Source: Actinomycetes bacterium (GTDB lineage Bacteria; Actinomycetota; Actinomycetes; S36-B12; UBA10799). Taken from it: a stretch of 40,286 nt of DNA. The position numbers and the translations under genes are program-made. This document shows, piece by piece, positions 1-9,584 of the stretch. The DNA lies in contig JBAXOQ010000003.1 of NCBI GenBank assembly GCA_037133175.1, forward strand, positions 1 through 40,286, written 5' to 3'. Within the stretch, counting starts at the first letter, position 1; each line of letters opens with the position of its first letter. Under the pieces are notes generated by a model that saw only the letters and a list, made by a program, of their open reading frames with translations, was not told where the DNA came from and searched no databases.

Positions 1-1023
1 CGGGGTGGCCCAGTCCACATGGAACCGGTACACGTCCAACTGGTCCGGTGTCGTCCAGCTTCCGCCCAGGATGTAGTTCGGTGACCCGGCAGGCGGCGGT
101 GTTGGCCCGTCAAGGTCGGAGGGCAGGTAACTGAATCCGTCGTAATCGGCGCACTGCTGGGTGGCGGGTAGGTTCGCCAGCATTTTCGATCGATCCAGGG
201 CGCAGGTCTTCCCCCCGATGTATGCGCCAGTGGTGGAGTCGTACATGACGTACGTCAGGTAATAGCCGTCCGGCCACACCGCCATCTTCGGGTAGTCATT
301 CATGTTGTCGTAGGAGTACGCATACAGCGCGTAGGTTCCCAACGGATCACTGGTGGTGGACACCGCGACGCACTCGAAGTCCGGCCCGCCGATTTGATAC
401 GCAAGCTGGGACATCACCCACCGGTCGGCAAGTTGGTCGTAGAGCACAATCGGGTCGGTGTTGTTGTCCGTCGCGCACAGCCCACCGAGACTGCTCCACA
501 GTGTCTTCATCAGCACTGGGCCATGCAGGACGGTGCCGGCTTTGTCGAAGACGGCCAGACTGTAGTTCACCATCTGGACGTAGTGGTTGGGTCCGACGTC
601 GCCGTTCGGGTCCGGTGGGTAACCCGCAACTTTGAACGCGCCCTGCGGCCCGACGAAGCCCTCGCCGAGCCCGGCGAAGTTTCGGCTCGCGGCGGGGGCT
701 TGGGATACGGAAGTCCTCCCACGTGAAGGCCCCTGCAGTGCCCCCGGTGCGACCGCACGGCCTTCTGTTTGCGGCGGCGGGACGACACGGTTGGGCACTT
801 GCCGTTGCCCGGGGGTGGTTGCGGTCGGCTTCACTGAACCTAAGGCTGGCGACGTGGCGTGGGCGACGGCTGCGGACTGCGTGGTCTTGCGGTGGGTTCC
901 GGGTGACCCGGTCGCGGTCGCCGCCGACGTGGGCACGGTTATTGAGCCCAGCAACATCGCCACGGCTAGCGCGCCGACGATCGCCGACCAGCCCCGAGTT
1001 GGTCGTAGGTCGCGAACCCTCAT
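1..1023 (-). CDS. Secreted uncharacterised protein (PPDPNGDVGPNHYVQ family), paralog C; partial, runs off window start
   Basis: Not in the ORF track because it has no stop in the window. Manual translation from ATG 1023 is open to base 1: MRVRDLRPTRGWSAIVGALAVAMLLGSITVPTSAA (signal peptide)...YPPDPNGDVGPNHYVQMVN...DPIVLYDQLADRW...DYPK...YRFHVDWATP. Clearly paralogous to 2850-4740. Confidence 0.85.
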   Translation of the reverse strand, partial: MRVRDLRPTRGWSAIVGALAVAMLLGSITVPTSAATATGSPGTHRKTTQSAAVAHATSPALGSVKPTATTPGQRQVPNRVVPPPQTEGRAVAPGALQGPSRGRTSVSQAPAASRNFAGLGEGFVGPQGAFKVAGYPPDPNGDVGPNHYVQMVNYSLAVFDKAGTVLHGPVLMKTLWSSLGGLCATDNNTDPIVLYDQLADRWVMSQLAYQIGGPDFECVAVSTTSDPLGTYALYAYSYDNMNDYPKMAVWPDGYYLTYVMYDSTTGAYIGGKTCALDRSKMLANLPATQQCADYDGFSYLPSDLDGPTPPPAGSPNYILGGSWTTPDQLDVYRFHVDWATP

Positions 1024-1153
1024 AGTCCGAACCACCGTTTCTTTCTGGCGCCATTCGCGTTGGTAGCACGTTCGTGGGCAGTGGATTCGCGCAACGCTGT
1101 CGATTCCTCTGCCACGTCGCCGACTGTACTCGCAGCGCGTCGGGTACTTTGGC

Positions 1154-1224
1154 CGGTTGCCTGGTGGATTCGGGTTGCGTGGTGGATTCGGGTCCTAATT
1201 GACCCTTTCTCACCAACCAACCGG
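1154..1224. repeat. ~70-bp direct repeat, copy 1
   Basis: 1181-1224 matches 2654-2697 at 43/44 nt; CGGTTGCCTGGTGG is also shared upstream; contains the hairpin GGGTC-CTAATT-GACCC. Confidence 0.9.
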
Positions 1225-1275
1225 CATCCACCGCCTAAACTGCCGCCGCAGATCAGTCTGTGGGGAGCACCCGCC

Positions 1276-2002
1276 CTAACTACTGGACCAGCGCGTCCAG
1301 GGCACGGGATCCTTGCGCAGGACATGCCCGGCACCCGGCAGGATCAGCAGTTCCTTGGGTTCGCCAGCCGCATCGAACAACTGCCGAGCAGTGGCGACCG
1401 ACACGTACGCACCGGCATCACCCTGAATGAGCAGTAGCGGCGTTGGGCTGATCTTGTCGATTACCGGGAATGGGTCGTGTCTGACCATGTCAGGGTGGAA
1501 CGCATCCGGGTCCGGTTCCGGCGACGCATTCGGGTCAGAGGTCGACGCCTTACGCACCAGGTGCACCATGTCGGCCGCATGTTCGCTAGTGACCATGTGG
1601 GTGATGAGTCCGGGCGACGCCAGCGATGCGACTGCATCGACCTTGCGATCAAGTGCCGCGTACCGCAAGTCCGTCGCCGCGCCGGCGCTGGCGCCCACCA
1701 GCGCGATCTGTTCGAACCCCAGCGTGAAGGCGTGGTCCATGATGACGCGCATCGTCCGCCCAGCCCTGCATCGAGAAGAACCCGGCCGAGTCGTCGGTGC
1801 CGCGCAAGCTCACGAACAGCACCGCGAACCCCGCGTCGCCGAGTTCCCGTGAGAACCCGAGGTAGCCAGGATCATCCGGCGATGGGCGCGCAAACGCGGT
1901 GCCCCTGAGTACTACGACGAGCGGCGCGCGAAGTCCGGGATTGATGAGTGTCCCGCGCAACTCGCCAGCCGCGCCCGCGAGCGTGACTGCCGACTCGTTC
2001 AT
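1276..2002 (-). pseudogene. Alpha/beta hydrolase, frameshifted
   Basis: N-terminal half in ORF 1649-2002, C-terminal half in ORF 1276-1752 (GASAG nucleophile elbow, PGAGH), frame change at ~1745-1752. A probable second shift near 1310 and decayed motifs (VLRG, IQGDAG). Confidence 0.75.
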
Positions 2003-2466
2003 GCCGACGCCTGCTGATCCGGCCCCGTCGGAAGATCCCGCTCCGCTCGCAGTGTGTCACGACGCTCGCCGGCGGCCGAAAGCTCCGCGAGGACCTTCGA
2101 CAGCAACTCGGGAAGCGAACCGAAGTCCGACGGTACGCCGTCCACTTGTGGTGGCGTCGGGGTCAGTTCCCCCGCGCTGGAGAAGTCGTCGACGGCGGCC
2201 ACGACGCCGAAGCTGCGACCGATCTCGGGTTCGATCACAGCTTCCAACGGGTGCGCCAGCCGGTCTTCGACTTCGACATGCAGCCCCCGGTGCATCTCTT
2301 CCAGCTCGCAGTCGATGATGCCGATCGAGATGACCTCACGTGGGTTGGCCACGTTGACGACCGTGTACATACTCGCCGGGACTCCGAAACCGCGGCTATG
2401 GAACCATGCGTCGCGGTAATCCTGCAGAGTCTTTCCTTCACGCAACGTGCGCGTGACGATCGCCAC
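1999..2466 (-). CDS. Hypothetical protein (155 aa)
   Basis: Protein-like ORF with GGAGGA RBS; stop overlaps the hydrolase ATG (ATGA coupling). Confidence 0.75.
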   Translation of the reverse strand: MAIVTRTLREGKTLQDYRDAWFHSRGFGVPASMYTVVNVANPREVISIGIIDCELEEMHRGLHVEVEDRLAHPLEAVIEPEIGRSFGVVAAVDDFSSAGELTPTPPQVDGVPSDFGSLPELLSKVLAELSAAGERRDTLRAERDLPTGPDQQASA

Positions 2467-2625
2467 GAGTTTTATCGGTCCTCCCTGGGATTCTGATTCC
2501 GGTGTCCATCATGCTATTTAGACTGCACAGCGGGTTGCAGCGAGCGTGGGACGAACGGCCTATCGCCGGCGGCGGCCGAACGCGGCCGCCAGCTGGCGAA
2601 CGTCACCGGACGGCGGGAAACCCGT

Positions 2626-2697
2626 CGGTTGCCTGGTGGGGGTTGGGTTAGTCGGTGGATTCGGGTCCTAATTGACCCTCTCTCACCAACCAACCGG
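2626..2697. repeat. ~70-bp direct repeat, copy 2
   Basis: Matches 1154-1224; abuts the truncation point of paralog B. Confidence 0.9.
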
Positions 2698-2792
2698 TGC
2701 GGAGTGGTCGATGAGCCCAGCACCAGCGCCATGGCTACCACGCCGACGATCGCTGGCCCGGCCGGAATTGGCCGCCGGTCGCGAGCCGTCAT
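2698..2792 (-). pseudogene. 5' remnant (signal peptide only) of secreted paralog B
   Basis: MTARDRRPIPAGPAIVGVVAMALVLGSSTTP aligns with the paralog C N-terminus and shares the upstream GGTGGTTCG leader; homology stops at the repeat. Confidence 0.7.
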
Positions 2793-2849
2793 CTTGCGAA
2801 CCACCAGTCTTCGCTTCTTGGTGTCCTCCGACGCAGGACACGCAGGACA

Positions 2850-4740
2850 CTAGGTCCGGTACGAACGGCTCTTGTAGTAGGCCGTGAAGTTCTCGACCGC
2901 CCGCGCGGACCAGGTGATTATGAGTCTGAGGTGGTAGCCGTAGGTTCGGATGAACACGGCACCGTTCGCCCGGCGGATCACTTTCCAATACCGCAGGTCA
3001 CCGCGCAGCCGTCCGGTGACTGTTAACCGCACGGGCTGACCCGCGTTCGTCACACAGCGGGGCCTTTCGAGTTGGCGAAGCCCGGCCCTTGGGATCGAAC
3101 GCGGAACGATTACACAGTCACCCACCGAACGGGATGTACTGGTTGGTGTACCAGAACGTGCAGTCGTCGACCGGGTCCACCTGCATGGCCGTGTAGTCCC
3201 CCCACCTGGACGGGTCCCCGCCCGGCCCGAACTGCGAGCCGACGCTGGGCAACTCAACCGCGGTCTCCGACTGCATGATTCCCAGCGGGTCGCTCGACAG
3301 GCGCCCGGTGTAGACGATCTCGGGGCTGGTCTGTGCGCTCGACTTGCTGTGGCCCAGAGCCATGTTCTGGTCCCGATGCATCGCGATGGACCCCATCGAC
3401 CGGTAGGACGCATCCGGGGCGTAGGTGCCCTGTTGGAAGACGACGGGCGCGGCGGCACCTGGTGAGCGGATCTCGTACCAGCGCGGCGCAGTCTGACCGT
3501 TGGGATCGGCCGTCGCCGCGATCGACATGTTGGCCGCCAGCGATTCGTGGGTGCCGTAGTTGCGGTAGGCCAACCGGTGCATGACCCTGCCCGAGACCGT
3601 TGCCAGCCGCCGGTCCGTCCGGGCCTGCGGGACGCAGGCCCTGCTTAAGGGGGCGGTGGCGCAGGCATTGGTGAACGCGGCGACCGGCACGGCGAAGGGG
3701 CCAGCGAGATCTGACGCAGAGGGGTCAGCCCAGTCAACGTGGAACCGGTACATGTCCAGTTGGTTCCAGGTCGTCGGGCTTGCCCCCCAGCAGGTAGTTC
3801 GGCGATCCCACCGGTGGTGGCGTCGTGCCGTCGAGATCGGAAGGCAAGAAGCCGATTCCGTCGAAATCGACGCACTGCTGGTTGGCAGGCAGGTTCGCCA
3901 GCATCCGCGATCGAACCAATGCGCAGGTCTTCGTCCCGATGAAGTCCCCGCCGATGTATTCGTACATGTTGTACGTCGCGTAGTAGGCGTCCGGCCACAA
4001 CGCAATCTTCGGATAGTCGTTGAAGTGCTCGTAGGAGTACGCGTACAGAGCGTACGTTCCCAGCGGGTCACTGGTTGTGGACACGGCGATGCACTCGAAG
4101 TTGGGTCCGTGGGACTGGATCGCGAACTGGGAGATGACCCACCGGTCAGCGAGTCCGTCATAGACCACGATTGGGTCGCCGTCGTTGTGCTGCTCGCACA
4201 AGCCCCCGAAACCGGTCCATAGTGTGTTGTTCGGCACCGGGCCGTACAGGACGGTGCCGGCCTTGTCGAAGACGGCCAGGCTGAGATTCACGATCTGGAC
4301 GTAGTGGTTGGGGCCGACGTCCCCGTTCGGGTCCGGCGGCATGGTCCGCATGTTGAACGTGCCCTGCGGTCCGACGAAGCCCTCGCCGAGCCCGGCGGAG
4401 TTCCGGGTGGCGGCGGGCGCTGTGGAGCCGGAAGCCCTTGCACGGGAAGGACCCTGCAAAGCCCCTGGCGCGACCGCGGGGTGGCCCGGTTGCGGTGGCG
4501 GGATCTCGAGGTTGGGTACTTGCCGTTGTCCGGATGCCGATGCGGCCGGGGACATCGAACCTAGGGCCGGCGAGGTGGCGTGGGCGACGGCTTCGGACTC
4601 GGTGGCCTTGCGGTGCGTTGCCTGCGTCGGCGCGGTCGCAGCCGACGTCGGCAGTGTTGTCGAACCCAGAGCTAGAACTAGCGCCACGAACCGATGAGTG
4701 CAGCCCAGCCATGGGGCGGTTTCCAGTCGCGAGCACTCAT
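2850..4740 (-). pseudogene. Secreted uncharacterised protein, paralog A, with basic C-terminal domain; three frame disruptions
   Basis: Homologous ATG at 4740 (MSARDWKPPHGWAALIG); -1 nt at ~4689; +1 G in the C6 run at 3783-3788; frame break or deletion at ~3120 before the C-terminal domain (CVTNAGQPVRL...RTYGY). Pieces lie in ORFs 3734-4771, 3118-4161 and 2850-3458. Confidence 0.8.
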
Positions 4741-4969
4741 TCCCCGAACCACCATTGCTCGCCGTCGTCACCCACGTCAGCCTCAGGACACCGCGTTGTC
4801 GGTGCGCGCCACGCAGTCAACTCAGCCGTCACTTTCCTGACTGTACTGGTGATGCGCTCCACCGTCCCGAGGCCGCAATGAATCTGCTCTTGCTTGGTGG
4901 GTTGGCCCCGTCCGCTGTGGCCTGGTCCTGGCGGACGCCCGAGGTCCGAGGAGGGGTTGGAGAAACGAC

Positions 4970-6044
4970 ATGTTCACCCTGCTAACCGGAAGCCTGACGC
5001 GTATCGCCCTGGCTCTCGTCGCTTTCGCGATGGCCTTGGCTTGCTTGGCAGCCCCCGAGCAGGCCTACGCCACGGGCAGCGTCGCGCCGGGCCCCTGGGC
5101 AGCCGTCGCTCTGGCCAGCGCCGCTCCAGGTTCGCCAGCGACACCCGCAACGGTGTACGGCGCGATCAGCGGAACGGTGTCCGGTCCAGGCGGTGCGCCA
5201 CTGCTCGCCGGGACGACCGGGTTCGCTGTCGTTTTCAACGTTTCCGGTGCCTTCGTGACGTACGAAGCGTTCTCAGATGACGGGGTCTATACGGTCGCTG
5301 GCCTGGACCCGGGTGACTACAAAATGGGGTTTGAGGCGTCGGCCCCCTATCTGGTGAGTTGGTGGCACAACGCCGTCACGATGGTCACCGCCACACCTGT
5401 GCCGGTGACTGTGGGTGGAACCACCACCGGCGTCAATCAGCAGCTATCGCTGGCAGGCTCAATCAGCGGGACAATCAGCGGACTGGCCGGCTCCCCGCTA
5501 GCCCCTGGTACGACCGGACGGGTTGTTCTCTACACCAGTTCGGGCGACAGCTTGACCGAAGTGTCGTTCTCAGACGATGGCGTCTATGAGTTCACCGGTT
5601 TGGCCGCTGGCGACTACCTGGTCTCCTTCTTGCCGGATCGTCCCGCCGTCGGCGAGAGCTATCAGCGCACCTGGTGGAAAGGCGCCGCGACGATGGGCGC
5701 AGCCACACCGATTCAGGTGGTACCCGGGCGCCACCACAGGCAACATCAACCCGCACCTGGCCGCCATACCGACATCGGTGGCATCGGCGGCATCGCCGAA
5801 GCAGAGTATCCCCGGTCGCCTGCCCGCGGTGGTCAGGACCAGAAGCAAGAAGGCGATCAGACTGCCGGTCAGGACTGATGCCGGTCAGTTGATCAGGTGG
5901 ACCTCATCGACACCGAGGGTCTGCAAGGTCGGCGGCGGCGAGTTGCGCGTCTCTGGCAAGCGGGCGATGTGCCGGCTGGCGGCTTCAACAACCGTCGGCG
6001 GCCGGCTTGCGCTCATTCGGGAGTACCGAATCCGGGTGAATTGA
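4970..6044 (+). pseudogene. Secreted protein with two carboxypeptidase-regulatory-like repeats and basic C-terminal domain; single frameshift
   Basis: Signal peptide; two GxISGT...SDDGVY...GLxxGDY repeats. An extra G at 5726-5728 joins ORF 4970-5878 (QVVPG) to ORF 5577-6044 (GATTGNINPHL...). May be a sequencing indel. Confidence 0.75.
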
Positions 6045-6144
6045 TCAAGATTCCCGGAACCTACTGCAGGTCGCGACACGCCAGCACGGTTCCTTGGAAG
6101 GCGGTGGCAGGGCACGGTCACCCGACTATTTCAAGTTAAGGGGA

Positions 6145-6182
6145 TTGACTTCAAATATTCATGTTGATACGGTAAACATCAA
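6145..6182 (+). promoter_or_regulatory. sigmaA-type promoter with overlapping inverted repeat (putative TetR operator)
   Basis: TTGACT(6145)-17 nt-TACGGT(6168); inverted repeat TTGAT(6164-6168)/ATCAA(6178-6182) in an AT-rich patch. Confidence 0.6.
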
Positions 6183-6201
6183 TTGTGGATGAGGAGCGGC
6201 A

Positions 6202-6777
6202 GTGACCCGAACATACGACATGGCAAATCGTGCCGCTGCGGCCAACCAGACCGCTGAGCGCATAGCGGCGGCGACGGAGCATCTGCTCGTCAACGGTCCG
6301 GTCAGTGACATCACGTTGCAAGCTATCGCCGAGGGGTCGGCCGTGACCGTGCAGACAGTCTTGCGACACATGGGATCTCGCGATGGGTGCCTTGAAGCGG
6401 TGCGAGAACGGGTCACTGCTCGGGTCGAGGCTCAGCGCAGCCACTCGGACCCCGGTGACGTCAAGGTTGCGATCTCAGGCCTAGTTGCGCACTACGAAGC
6501 CGAAGGTCATCTGGTGTTGAACCTGCTCGCGCAGGAAGGTGCTGACGACGCCGTTTCCCGAGCCGCGGTCGAAGGCGGTCGGACCTACCACCGTGCTTGG
6601 GTCGAGCGCTGCTTCGGACCCTCACTCAACGACCCCGATCAACAGACCGTCGACGCCCTCGTCGTTGCCACTGACCTTTACGTGTGGAAACTCCTGCGTC
6701 TCGATCTGGGTCGGACTGTTCAGCAAACCGAAGCCGTGATCACCCGTCTAGTTCGAACACTGTTGGAGGCATCGTGA
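6202..6777 (+). CDS. TetR/AcrR family transcriptional regulator
   Basis: N-terminal HTH (ITLQAIAEGSAVTVQTVLRH), 191 aa, GAGGAG RBS. Confidence 0.9.
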   Translation: MTRTYDMANRAAAANQTAERIAAATEHLLVNGPVSDITLQAIAEGSAVTVQTVLRHMGSRDGCLEAVRERVTARVEAQRSHSDPGDVKVAISGLVAHYEAEGHLVLNLLAQEGADDAVSRAAVEGGRTYHRAWVERCFGPSLNDPDQQTVDALVVATDLYVWKLLRLDLGRTVQQTEAVITRLVRTLLEAS

Positions 6778-8000
6778 GCACTGTCCTGATGTACACGTCC
6801 CCGGCCCGCGGGCACTTGTACCCGATGATGGATGTGGCCATCGCCCTTCGTGAATCCGGGCACCGGGTTGTGATGCAGACCCTGGCCAGCGAACTCGATC
6901 CGGTGGTCGGTGAGGGGCTGGAGCATCGTCCCATCTCCCCCGAGATAGAGGCTTTGCAGATCAAGGACTACCTAGGCGGTAACCCGCTGAAGCAGTTTCA
7001 GCTCACCCTGTCCTGCTGGCTTGCCCGCGCGCCGCACGAGGTCGACGACCTTCGTGCCAGCTGTGTGGAGCTGACGCCAGATCTGTTGGTCATTGACGCA
7101 AACTGTTGGGGCGCGTCGGCTTTCGCCGAGGCGCAATCTCAGCCGTGGGCGATGTTCCTCCCCTACGCCCTCCCGGTGCCATCACCCGACACGCCAGCAT
7201 TTGGACCCGGATTCCCGCCACCCGAGAGTTGGATGGATCGCCAGCGGGATCGTTTGGTCTGGACGGTGCAGAACGTCAGTACGCGCAAAGTATTGAAGAA
7301 ACTGAATGCGTTTCGGGCAGCAATGCACGTAACCAAGCTGGGTAGCATTTCGGAGGGGTACTTGCGGGCCGATGTCCTTCTGTATCTGACTGCTGAACCT
7401 TTCGAGTACCGGCGCTCCGCGTGGCCGGCCATGGTTCATGCCATCGGTCCTGGCCTGTGGGCGCCGCCAGGCGCTGTTCCCGACTGGCTCGAGGACTTGC
7501 CACGCCCACGCGTACTCGTCAGCGTTTCCACCGAGTTCCAGCAGGATGGGGCGATCATCGAAACGGCGCTGACCGCCCTGGCCGACGAACCGGGCAGCGT
7601 CATCGTCACAACCGCTGCGCTGGACCCGATGATGTTCCAGGCGCCCAACGATCGAGTGCGGATCACCCGATTCCTTCCCCACGCAGCCGTGATCCCGGAG
7701 GTGGATGTCGTGGTCACACACGGTGGCATGGGCACGACCCAGCGGTCGCTGGCCTCTGGTGTGCCTGTCTGCGTCGTGCCGTGGGGTCGAGACCAGAGCG
7801 AGTCCGCTCGGCGGGCTGAACAATGCGGCGCAGGAACGATGGTGCCCCGCTCGAAGCTTGACGCTGCCCGCCTTCGAGATGCGGTGCGCGACGCGCGCCG
7901 CCGCCAGCCTGGGGCCGAGCGCGTGGCCCAGGCATTCCGCGAGGCCGGTGGCGGTCGACGAGGTGCTGAACTCCTTGAGGGACTTCTCGTTCGCGTTTGA
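6774..8000 (+). CDS. GT1-family (MGT-like) glycosyltransferase
   Basis: N-terminal PARGHLYPM and C-terminal FLPH...VVTHGGMGT...PWGRDQ donor-binding motif; GTG overlaps the TetR stop. Confidence 0.9.
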   Translation: MSTVLMYTSPARGHLYPMMDVAIALRESGHRVVMQTLASELDPVVGEGLEHRPISPEIEALQIKDYLGGNPLKQFQLTLSCWLARAPHEVDDLRASCVELTPDLLVIDANCWGASAFAEAQSQPWAMFLPYALPVPSPDTPAFGPGFPPPESWMDRQRDRLVWTVQNVSTRKVLKKLNAFRAAMHVTKLGSISEGYLRADVLLYLTAEPFEYRRSAWPAMVHAIGPGLWAPPGAVPDWLEDLPRPRVLVSVSTEFQQDGAIIETALTALADEPGSVIVTTAALDPMMFQAPNDRVRITRFLPHAAVIPEVDVVVTHGGMGTTQRSLASGVPVCVVPWGRDQSESARRAEQCGAGTMVPRSKLDAARLRDAVRDARRRQPGAERVAQAFREAGGGRRGAELLEGLLVRV

Positions 8001-8025
8001 CTCAGGAGCCTGGGTCGCGTTTGCC

Positions 8026-8865
8026 TTAGGCCGCGGACGTGAAGGTCACTTGAGCCGCGCCAGCGGCATCCCGGAGGGTCAGCGTGGTGCCGTCGATCTG
8101 GTACGTGGTGGCCTTCCCGAGCGCGGCGATGTAGTCGTGCTCAATCTGCGACGCGGCCTCGGGGCACGCCCTCATGGTCGATGAGACTGCCCCGATTGTG
8201 ATTTGGCCCGTTGTAGGCGTCGCGTAGGGCGCGCTGTAGGTGTTGCACCCACCCGAACCGCTCACCGTGCCGTCGGCACCGAACACCGCCGTGACGTTCT
8301 CTGTGCCTGCTAGGCCGACGACGGCGTTCTTGCCGTTGTTGATGCCGGTGGCCCGCCATGACGAGCCGGCAAGACCGGTCAGCCCGGGTGCGTAGCTGAG
8401 CAAGCTCGCGCCCCCTGCGTCGAGCAGGACCAGCGAACCTGCCGACCTGAAAGAGGCAACCTTGGGCAGCGCCGCCACTATTGCAGCTTCCTGGGCGGCT
8501 ATCGCTCCGGTGCACGCCTTCAGCGTCATCGGCCCGGGCTGCATCGTCAATGACGACCCCTTCAGCGTGAACGTACCGGCGATCCGATTGCACCCCGTCG
8601 AGCCGCTGAAGGTCCCGTCGGCGCCGAATGTCAGGGACCCTGCTTCACGCCCCCGTGTCGCTGTCACAGTGGCGCCATTCACCGCCTTGTAGGACTCAAG
8701 AAGCCAGGTCGTACCCGTCAGTTCCGCGGTGGTGGATGGCGACGAGGAGACCACCTTCGGCGCGGGGGTCGAGGTCGAGCCGCAGCCGCTGAGCGCCGCA
8801 GCAGCGGCGAACACGATCGCGGGAACGAACAGCAGGTTTCCAGCTCGGGCACGGGTCACGGGCAC
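8026..8865 (-). CDS. Lipoprotein with two META (HslJ-like) domains
   Basis: Lipobox LSGC; two GSxGCN...T(L/M)xAC domains. The start may be GTG 8859 (leaderless). Confidence 0.9.
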   Translation of the reverse strand: MPVTRARAGNLLFVPAIVFAAAAALSGCGSTSTPAPKVVSSSPSTTAELTGTTWLLESYKAVNGATVTATRGREAGSLTFGADGTFSGSTGCNRIAGTFTLKGSSLTMQPGPMTLKACTGAIAAQEAAIVAALPKVASFRSAGSLVLLDAGGASLLSYAPGLTGLAGSSWRATGINNGKNAVVGLAGTENVTAVFGADGTVSGSGGCNTYSAPYATPTTGQITIGAVSSTMRACPEAASQIEHDYIAALGKATTYQIDGTTLTLRDAAGAAQVTFTSAA

Positions 8866-9042
8866 AAACTATCGGAGCGGTTGATAACCGTGCCTCTTCG
8901 CCTGCTTGGCAGGGCCGCGGTAGTGATGCATTGGTGGGTGCGCGGGCGCACACCGCCGCGTTGGCGCAGATCGGTGAGGCTGCAAGCACCCGGCCTGCGG
9001 AACGTCGCATGAGTCTGTGGGATCCGTTCCACAACGCCACGC

Positions 9043-9361
9043 TGAGTCCTTAGCCATTTGTCGGGGTAGCGGGATCCGTCGCGCTCGCTGGCGCTCGCAA
9101 GACGCTCCTCCCAAACCCCACCGGGCTTTTGTCGGGGTAGCGGGACCCGTCGTCGCTTCGCTCCTCCTCCCAAATCCCCCTGGGCTTTTGACCGACAAAT
9201 GGCTAGGGACTCAAGGAAAAAGCGCCCTTGAGTCCCTAGCCATTTGTCGGGGTAGCGGGACCCGTCGTCGCTTCGCTCCTCCTCCCAAATCCCCCTGGGC
9301 TTTTGACCGACAAATGGCTAGGGACTCAAGGAAAAAGCGCCCTTGAGTCCCTAGCCATTTG
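9043..9361 (-). repeat. tRNA-linked tandem repeats: two identical 115-bp units plus one diverged 71-bp unit
   Basis: Core TTTGTCGGGGTAGCGGGA (tRNA 3' end) at 9057, 9128, 9243 and 9358; perfect 25-bp-stem hairpins at 9192-9250 and 9307-9365. Confidence 0.95.
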
Positions 9362-9435
<74 letters not shown>

Positions 9436-9584
9436 GTCCAGCTCTTGCTGTTGCGTGCCGAAGTCTAACGGACGCCCGGTCGGCGAGTCACGACTGCCTG
9501 CGAAGCGGCTGGTTCGGCGGCAGTCGGCTGTTGTGAGCTCCCAGTGTGGATATATTGCGCACGGCGCTCACAGCTTTGACGGGT

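Noticed and set aside
1-9360. Complete integrative element at tRNA-Pro
   Set aside because: No integrase or distal att copy within the window; it cannot be excluded beyond the window edge.
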